Of a DNA stretch of 64,000 nt, positions 58,141 to 64,000 are shown piece by piece. Made by a program: the position numbers and the translations under genes. Source of the DNA: a virus; the IMG/VR virus record IMGVR_UViG_3300022200_000033, positions 13,078-77,077 of that record; one strand, 5' to 3'. How positions within the stretch are numbered: the stretch's first letter is position 1; every line of letters starts with the position of its first letter. Under the pieces are notes generated by a model that saw nothing but the letters and a program-made list of their open reading frames with translations, was not told the origin of the DNA and made no database searches.

Positions 58141-58303
58141 GTAGGGAAAATCCCGGCACGCGAGCTCTGATTTGTCAAGCTTTTATGATGTGATTAAGGA
58201 CACACTAGAAATCTGGGAGTTTTTATAAATAACTATTGACAAATGTCAGTCACATAGTATATAGTTTGACTATCAAATAAACACACTATAGATAGGAAAT
58301 CAC

Positions 58304-59299
58304 ATGGCTCACATGTTAGAACAATACGGCGATATGGCTTCTTTTGCTTCCCTGCGCCAACCTGCATGGCACGGTTTGGGAACCGTCCTTGAGGAAGAGG
58401 TTACCACATCAGAAATGCTAAAGGCTGCACATCTTGATAATTGGAATGTGCGTTGCGAAGAAATTGCGCTTCCAGGTCGTTCTACCACCAACTACTTTGC
58501 TACCGTTCGCACTAATCCTTTCGATGGTGAGAATGATGTGCTAGGTGTTGTGGGAGAACGCTACCGCACTTTGCAGAATGAGGAATTGTTTGCATTTGGC
58601 GATAACATTCTTGACGGTGCGCGTTGGGAAACTGCTGGCTCTATCAAAGATGGAAAAGTTGTTTTTGGTTCCCTCGCACTTGAGCGCGAATCTATCATTG
58701 ACCCCAATGGTGTAAGCGATAAAGTTAATTCATATCTTTTGGTTCACACATCACATGATGGATCACTTGCTATTCAAGCAAGCATCACACCTGTGCGCGT
58801 TGTCTGCCAGAATACATTGAACATGGCTGTTGGTGCGCGTGGTAAGTCTGCAAAGCAATCATTCCGCATTCGTCACACCCAAACTGTTGAGGGTAAAATC
58901 ATGGCTGCGCGTGAGGCACTTGGTCTTGCTAATAAGTACATGGACGAATTCGATAAGCAAGCGCAGGACTTGTTTGCGCGTGAGATTGACGCTAACAAGT
59001 TCTTTGAGATTGTTAAGGCTGCATACCCTGAGCCAGATGCAGATGTAAAAGGTTCTGCTACTAAGTGGACAAACAAAGTTGATACTCTGTTTGATATTTG
59101 GAATGGCCCAACAAATGTTGGTATTGCTAAAACTGCGTGGGGTGCTTACAACTCACTAACCGAACGCCTTGACTGGTACCGTAATCCTCGCGGTGGTAAT
59201 GCAGAGTCTGTGCTTGCTGCTGCTAGTGGATTCGATGCTGCTACCAATGCAGAAAAGAATCGCTTGCTTTCTGTTGTCAAGGAATTGACTACCGTCTAA
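58304..59299 (+). CDS. DUF932 / TIGR03299 phage-plasmid protein
   Basis: 'PAWHGLG','LGVVGERY..LQN','WETAGS','SHDGS','TPVRVVCQNTL','IRHT','TAWGAYN'. Confidence 0.9.
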   Translation: MAHMLEQYGDMASFASLRQPAWHGLGTVLEEEVTTSEMLKAAHLDNWNVRCEEIALPGRSTTNYFATVRTNPFDGENDVLGVVGERYRTLQNEELFAFGDNILDGARWETAGSIKDGKVVFGSLALERESIIDPNGVSDKVNSYLLVHTSHDGSLAIQASITPVRVVCQNTLNMAVGARGKSAKQSFRIRHTQTVEGKIMAAREALGLANKYMDEFDKQAQDLFAREIDANKFFEIVKAAYPEPDADVKGSATKWTNKVDTLFDIWNGPTNVGIAKTAWGAYNSLTERLDWYRNPRGGNAESVLAAASGFDAATNAEKNRLLSVVKELTTV

Positions 59300-59305
59300 T
59301 TTGTA

Positions 59306-59332
59306 CACCTGAGCATGTGCCTAAACTGCTCA
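59306..59332 (+). ncRNA. Mini H-type pseudoknot element, copy 2
   Basis: CAC-C-TGAGCA-T-GTG-CCTAAAC-TGCTCA. Confidence 0.55.
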
Positions 59333-59535
59333 CCCCCACCATGTAAATATAAAAGCTGACTTGACATTTGCATGGCAAAGGGGCCGGAAACATTTTTCTA
59401 TATAAACATAAATAATAACTCTATTAAGATGCATTAAGATGAATCCCAGGAATTTGCCAATATTTTTGTAGTAAACACTTGACATTTGACAGATATGTGT
59501 ATAGGATTGCGCTATAACTACAACTAAGGAGAATT

Positions 59536-59985
59536 ATGTCTTATCTAGATACCCCGATTGAGGCTACTGTCTCTCAATATACCCCCAACTATTCCCCAGA
59601 CCAGATCAAGCAGATGCAATATGATCTTAATGTTCTAGCAAAAGAGAATGAAAGGTTTAGACTTGATGTAGGTTCTCTACGCCGTCAGTTAATGGAGAAA
59701 AGTGGATACATTGAAAGTGCTAAAGATCTTATTGTAGAAGCATTTGAGATAGATGACTTTGACAAAGATCTTTTTATTGCCATTGCAGAAACACTTGATA
59801 TTGAACTTACCAAAGAACTTAGTGTGACTATTAATGTTTCTTTTTCTGGTACTGTTACTGTACCGTTGGGATTTGACATGGATGTTATTGAGAGGCACAT
59901 TGACTTTGAGGCTTCCACCAATAGTTATACTGAACTTGAATGCGATCTCTTTACAGATAGTATTGACTTTAACATCAACGACTGA
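59536..59985 (+). CDS. Hypothetical protein, coiled coil plus beta domain
   Basis: AAGGAG RBS, TTGACA promoter. Confidence 0.7.
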   Translation: MSYLDTPIEATVSQYTPNYSPDQIKQMQYDLNVLAKENERFRLDVGSLRRQLMEKSGYIESAKDLIVEAFEIDDFDKDLFIAIAETLDIELTKELSVTINVSFSGTVTVPLGFDMDVIERHIDFEASTNSYTELECDLFTDSIDFNIND

Positions 59986-59997
59986 TAGGATCACTAC

Positions 59998-60174
59998 ATG
60001 CTTACATTTGAGAATGATGGTTTAACTAAAGATCAGATGTTGTCTGAATATACCGTGCTTGGATTTGCCATGTACTTGTGTGTGGTAGAGCGTAAGTCAG
60101 ATGGTGTGCGAGGCACACTTGACTTTACTGATGTTGCTGGTGTAAGGTACTACTATGATTTCAAGGAGGCATAA
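59998..60174 (+). CDS. 58-aa hypothetical protein
   Basis: Leaderless after TTGACT-N17-TAGGAT; 'VLGF...VVERKSDGVRGTLDF....RYYY'. Confidence 0.65.
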   Translation: MLTFENDGLTKDQMLSEYTVLGFAMYLCVVERKSDGVRGTLDFTDVAGVRYYYDFKEA

Positions 60175-60507
60175 TGAAATACAAGGTAGAAATTGAAAAG
60201 ATATCCTATGTCTATGTAATTGTTGATGCTGAAGATGGTGATGAAGCATTCGACTATGCAGAATCAAATGTAGAAAGTTTATTTAATGTAGGTACTGAGT
60301 CAGGCCCAGATGCTTACAACGTCTTTGATGAAATTTTGGAGGCATGATGGGCACAATTGTTTTTGATAACATAGATCAAGATTTACTAAACCTGCAAAGA
60401 TTAGAGTTAATTAATCTTATTTGGGATGACTTAGAAAGTCCCTTGTGGGGTCTTGTAAATATGCTAGATGACTGGTATGATCGCACTTACCCAATCAAGG
60501 AGGCATC

Positions 60508-60855
60508 ATGACTGAAGATGAATGGTATGAAACATACAAGCCTATCAAGAATCATATAGACCCTGATGGGGCTTCTTGGAATGGTGAGATGTTTGAGACA
60601 TATGGCGAAGAGGTTGAGTTTGTTATTAGCCAACCAGATGAAAATATCTGGACATGGGTAGAAGCAGATGGAGGTACTTATCTAGTAAGTGGTTATCATT
60701 TTGTAAATAGAATGGGATACATTATTTGTTCCGTGCCTTGGACAGAAGAGGCAATGGAGATAACTATTGACGAGCCAGAGGAATCCTGTGATGAATGCGG
60801 AGAGAATGTGGAGGACGGAGACTGTGAGTGTGAAATGGAATCAGTTGGAGTTTGA
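60508..60855 (+). CDS. Acidic hypothetical protein with C-terminal CxxC..CxC
   Basis: AAGGAGG RBS. Confidence 0.7.
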   Translation: MTEDEWYETYKPIKNHIDPDGASWNGEMFETYGEEVEFVISQPDENIWTWVEADGGTYLVSGYHFVNRMGYIICSVPWTEEAMEITIDEPEESCDECGENVEDGDCECEMESVGV

Positions 60856-61677
60856 TTTCGATTATGCCGAGGAACAATGGAAGGATAACAATGGAAACCC
60901 AATTGCCTGAAAAGATAAATGTAATTAGATCTATCACCTATGATGTGCCCAGCATTGTTGATTCCTTGAAGGAACTAATGGGGGAAGAGGATATTAACAT
61001 AGATAGTGTTATGGAATACATTGAAGATTGGGTGTCAGAAGACATGTCAGCACCCTTGTCTCGCCACGACCTTACCTACCTAGATGAGAACGGGATGGAA
61101 CTGTGAAGAAAGAAGAAATGATTGCTGAGTTTACTAAGATGATAGATCATGCTCACGAAGCAGGGTGGCATGAAGGGTATATCAAGGGAATGGAGTTTCA
61201 TAGTGATACACATCTATGAGTGTACTGATGGGGCGACTGTATATCATGAAGCTTACAAGACTGTAATTGGTGAGGGGTGGGGGGAAGACTATATCCTTAC
61301 CTTGGAAGATCAAAATGAATTTGACTTATACCTTGACATAATCAAGGCTCAGGGTGTAGACTTTGTAATCCACACACTAAAGGAGTATGATGAGTATCAC
61401 CTCGCAATATCGTCCTAGCAAGCGTCCTAGCGTAAAGTCTGTTAATTACTGGGACTCTATCTATGCAGAAAGAATTGAACCTCATTGGCGTGGTAATGAT
61501 TTTAATGGTGACGTAGAAGTATTTAGGGGAGACCCATTCCCAGACTTTTATAAAATGATCTTCACACCAGACAAGGGCAAGAAGATAAGTAAACTATTCT
61601 ATGGTGAGTCTGCATGGAATGAAGTAGAGCGTTGCGTCTATGACCTTGGAGCACATAGTGTATTGGGGAGGATTTAA
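60852..61677 (+). CDS. Run of small hypothetical ORFs (incl. 60852-61106, 61149-61418, 61387-61677)
   Basis: ORF track plus RBSs; starts uncertain. Confidence 0.5.
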
Positions 61678-61816
61678 TGTCTAAGTATCTAGTTACAATT
61701 ACTGAATACGATGATGGTGAGGCATATGATGAATTCGTTATCACCAACCCTGATGCCCTAATAGATTTTATTCAACTTCCTATCGTGGGAGTAGTAGCAG
61801 ATGGAGAGGGGATGTA

Positions 61817-62110
61817 ATGGATTTTCATAATGAGTTTTCTGTTCCCGTTTTGACAGGGCAGATGGATGAGTATCTAGATGGAATGATTCGCACCATTCAG
61901 ATGCGTAAGAAGGACATGGCTCCCAAGGTATGGGAATTCCAGGTTGGGGATCGTGTACGCCTGGTGAATGCTAATCCTAAGTATCTTATTGGTGCATTGG
62001 CTACCGTGCGTAAGGTTAATAGAACTAAGATTGTTATTGACTTAGATCGGACATACGGTAGGTTCTCTAACAATATCTCTACCCCCCCTTCTATGGTGGA
62101 GAAGGTATAG
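61817..62110 (+). CDS. KOW/SH3-like protein
   Basis: 'FQVGDRVRL........GALATVRKVNRTK'. Confidence 0.65.
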   Translation: MDFHNEFSVPVLTGQMDEYLDGMIRTIQMRKKDMAPKVWEFQVGDRVRLVNANPKYLIGALATVRKVNRTKIVIDLDRTYGRFSNNISTPPSMVEKV

Positions 62111-62115
62111 GGATT

Positions 62116-62189
62116 GGGGCATTAGCTCAGCTGGTTAGAGCCCCGAACTCATAATTCGGTCGTCGTTGGTTCGAGTCCAACATGCCCCA
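62116..62189 (+). tRNA. tRNA with CAT anticodon (probably Ile2/lysidine, possibly elongator Met)
   Basis: GGGGCAT/ATGCCCC acceptor, CCGAA-CTCATAA-TTCGG arm, GTTCGAGTC; paired 1:72 and no 3 G-C pairs, so not initiator. Confidence 0.92.
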
Positions 62190-62248
62190 CTTGACAGCGG
62201 TACACAGATATGATAGGTTAGACCCATCATCAAACGAAAGGGTATATC

Positions 62249-63305
62249 ATGGAAAAAGTATTCGAGGGCTATCGAATTGTTCTAGAGGTAGATCAAGATT
62301 GGTTTGAGGCTATCGCAAAGATGACTGATTATTCAGAGCATGGTGAACTCATGAATTGGGTATCAACAGATCGTATCACCGTTACACGCGAGGTATGCGA
62401 TATTTGCAATGTTATTGCAGATGAGTTAGAATACATTGAACATGATGATTTCATTCACGAACAAGAGGAGGAAGAAGTCTAATGGCAACTATCGGTGGTA
62501 CACAAGAATTCATGGCAGCACACATGGGTCACAAGACAAGTATCTCTATGCTTGAATTATCTGACGTTAGGTATATTACAGAGATATGCAAACTACATCA
62601 CGATGGTAGTCTCTGTGTTTCTTTAGGTGAGAAGGATAGCGAAGAGTGGGTACAGAATACTGGTGCATATCTTTACTGTCATGATTGCCAAGTAGAAGAA
62701 GAATTAAATTTGGGGGAAGTTGTAGAGGACTAACTCTTGACAATACCCCCACTAGATGATAGCATTGGAGCATGATGGAAAGACAGGCAAACAAGATACT
62801 AGACATTATTGCTGACGGTAGATATAGTCTTTCTGACATTGACTATCTTGGCTTTCATGTAGTAAACTTATCAACGAGGCAAGTGAGAAAAAATGCTTTA
62901 ACACTTGCTGATTCAATTATTCATTATTCCGAAAACCCTTTCTCAGGAGATGTAGATGGACAAGACACCCTTTTCTAAATGTGAAATTTTATCAGACCTA
63001 TACAATGATTTTTTTGGCACACCAGAGTGGGAAGATTTTTTTCTTAAGAATGATCTTGGAATTTTTTGTGCCGTTAGTTTTGTTGCAGGTTCTACAACCT
63101 TAACAGATATCGGTGAAAGAGATGTTGTTGCTGCCTACAACGCTTTATGTGAAACTCTGAAAGTAGACAAAGAGTTTTCATTTTCTACCATAGATGAGAT
63201 GCTAGAGTGAACAGGGGTAACGATGCGCTAACCGCATTCTTTGGTGGGTTTGTTTTCCTGATTGTTTTCTTCTTTATCCTGGTTGGAATATTCTCTATCT
63301 TCTGA
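62249..63305 (+). CDS. Small hypothetical ORFs (62249-62482, 62482-62733, 62772-62978, 62956-63210, TM peptide 63207-63305)
   Basis: SigA promoters at 62191 and 62737, coupling, RBSs. Confidence 0.6.
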
Positions 63306-63340
63306 AAAGAGGGCCGGGGATCTTATAATAAATAAAAAGA

Positions 63341-63980
63341 CATTACGAAGAGCTCTCAAAATCGCCGAGCTTTTTTATAAAAGGTATTACGAAGAGCTTG
63401 TAAAATCGCCAGGGATAGGATATAATTAACTGTGACATGTATCGTAGGTATAGTAGATAACGATACTATATATATGGGTGGGGACAGATCTGCATCAGAT
63501 GATTCATCTATAGTATCTATGATAAAACCAAAGGTATCTATAAAAGATGAATGGATATATGGTTATGCAGGTACTATAGGTATAGGACAGCTTATTAATT
63601 ATATCGATCTACCTTCGCCAGAAGGAGATATAGAAAAGATTATTAGATTAGATATATGTGAGAGTCTTAAAACTATGATAGATTCCCATGCCAGGGATAT
63701 AGAGAATGAAGATACAGGTTTTCTTATAGGTGCAAAGGGTAGATTGTTTGAATTTAATGTAGGTGACTGGGGGGTATTAGAAGTAGATCAATCCTCTATA
63801 GGAAGCGGTAGTCAAATAGCTCTAGGTTCTCTTCATACATCTATAGATAGTGATCCAATAGATAGAATAGGTATAGCTCTTGGAGCTGCTATCACATATT
63901 CCCCATCATGTCAAGGTCCAATAGATATTATATATATATAGTATATAAGGTATTACGAAGGATCTCTAAAATCCCCGATG
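63341..63980 (+). repeat. Three copies of ATTACGAAG-N-AAAATCSCC
   Basis: At about 63342, 63386 and 63952, flanking the HslV-like gene. Confidence 0.8.
63432..63941 (+). CDS. HslV/proteasome-beta-like Ntn hydrolase
   Basis: N-terminal (M)TCIVG, 'MGGD', 'K', 'GYAG', 'SIGSGSQIALG'. Confidence 0.8.
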   Translation: MTCIVGIVDNDTIYMGGDRSASDDSSIVSMIKPKVSIKDEWIYGYAGTIGIGQLINYIDLPSPEGDIEKIIRLDICESLKTMIDSHARDIENEDTGFLIGAKGRLFEFNVGDWGVLEVDQSSIGSGSQIALGSLHTSIDSDPIDRIGIALGAAITYSPSCQGPIDIIYI

Positions 63981-64000
63981 TTTTAGGATATTGTATATAA

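Larger units (their letters stand above)
50773..58262 (+). repeat. Dispersed AAATGTCAGACCCC-N-TGn-(-10) promoter element, 13 copies
   Basis: Copies at 50773, 51012, 51292, 51552, 52855, 53052, 53263, 53526, 53737, 55097, 56088, 56311, 58241. Confidence 0.92.

Noticed and set aside
50773-58262. True integron attC array
   Set aside because: No GTTRRRY/RYYYAAC inverted ends and no integrase seen; the repeats are promoter-like

Overview
Part of a large, AT-rich tailed (siphovirus-type) phage genome. The host is most likely an actinobacterium (inferred from the r1t-type holin, many leaderless starts, ThyX, class II RNR and CCA-less tRNAs). Positions 1-47.7 kb are a minus-strand virion block: baseplate/minor tail genes, a 2529-aa tape measure, a tail chaperone with a -1 frameshift, tail tube, neck, capsid, protease-scaffold and portal. 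The same block holds nrdJ, ssb, several fibre/adhesin genes (three 7-blade Asp-box propellers, a Cys-knob protein) and a GT-A/sulfotransferase/GT-B cassette. Positions 47.9-50.4 kb carry thyX, an HNH gene and membrane/holin genes. From about 50.6 kb transcription flips to the plus strand, into a dense early/accessory region of tiny genes, two tRNAs and several structured RNAs. The most striking signals are in this region. (1) An array of one-gene cassettes, each opened by a conserved AAATGTCAGACCCC-N-TGn-(-10) element that often begins at the previous stop codon. (2) Repeated operon-boundary modules (GTTGGTAWTAAAGG / lone CCGG / TTGTCAA / CRP-like site) and a DnaA-box cluster packed with host-regulator-like sites. 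(3) An unannotated leaderless pair of peptides, one ArfA-like and one resembling the toxin-binding tail of TacA/AtaR (DUF1778) antitoxins. (4) A two-fold symmetric RNA and a covarying mini-pseudoknot repeat. No terminase, integrase, reverse transcriptase or CRISPR array was seen in this window. All family calls are from motif recognition by eye, not from database searches.
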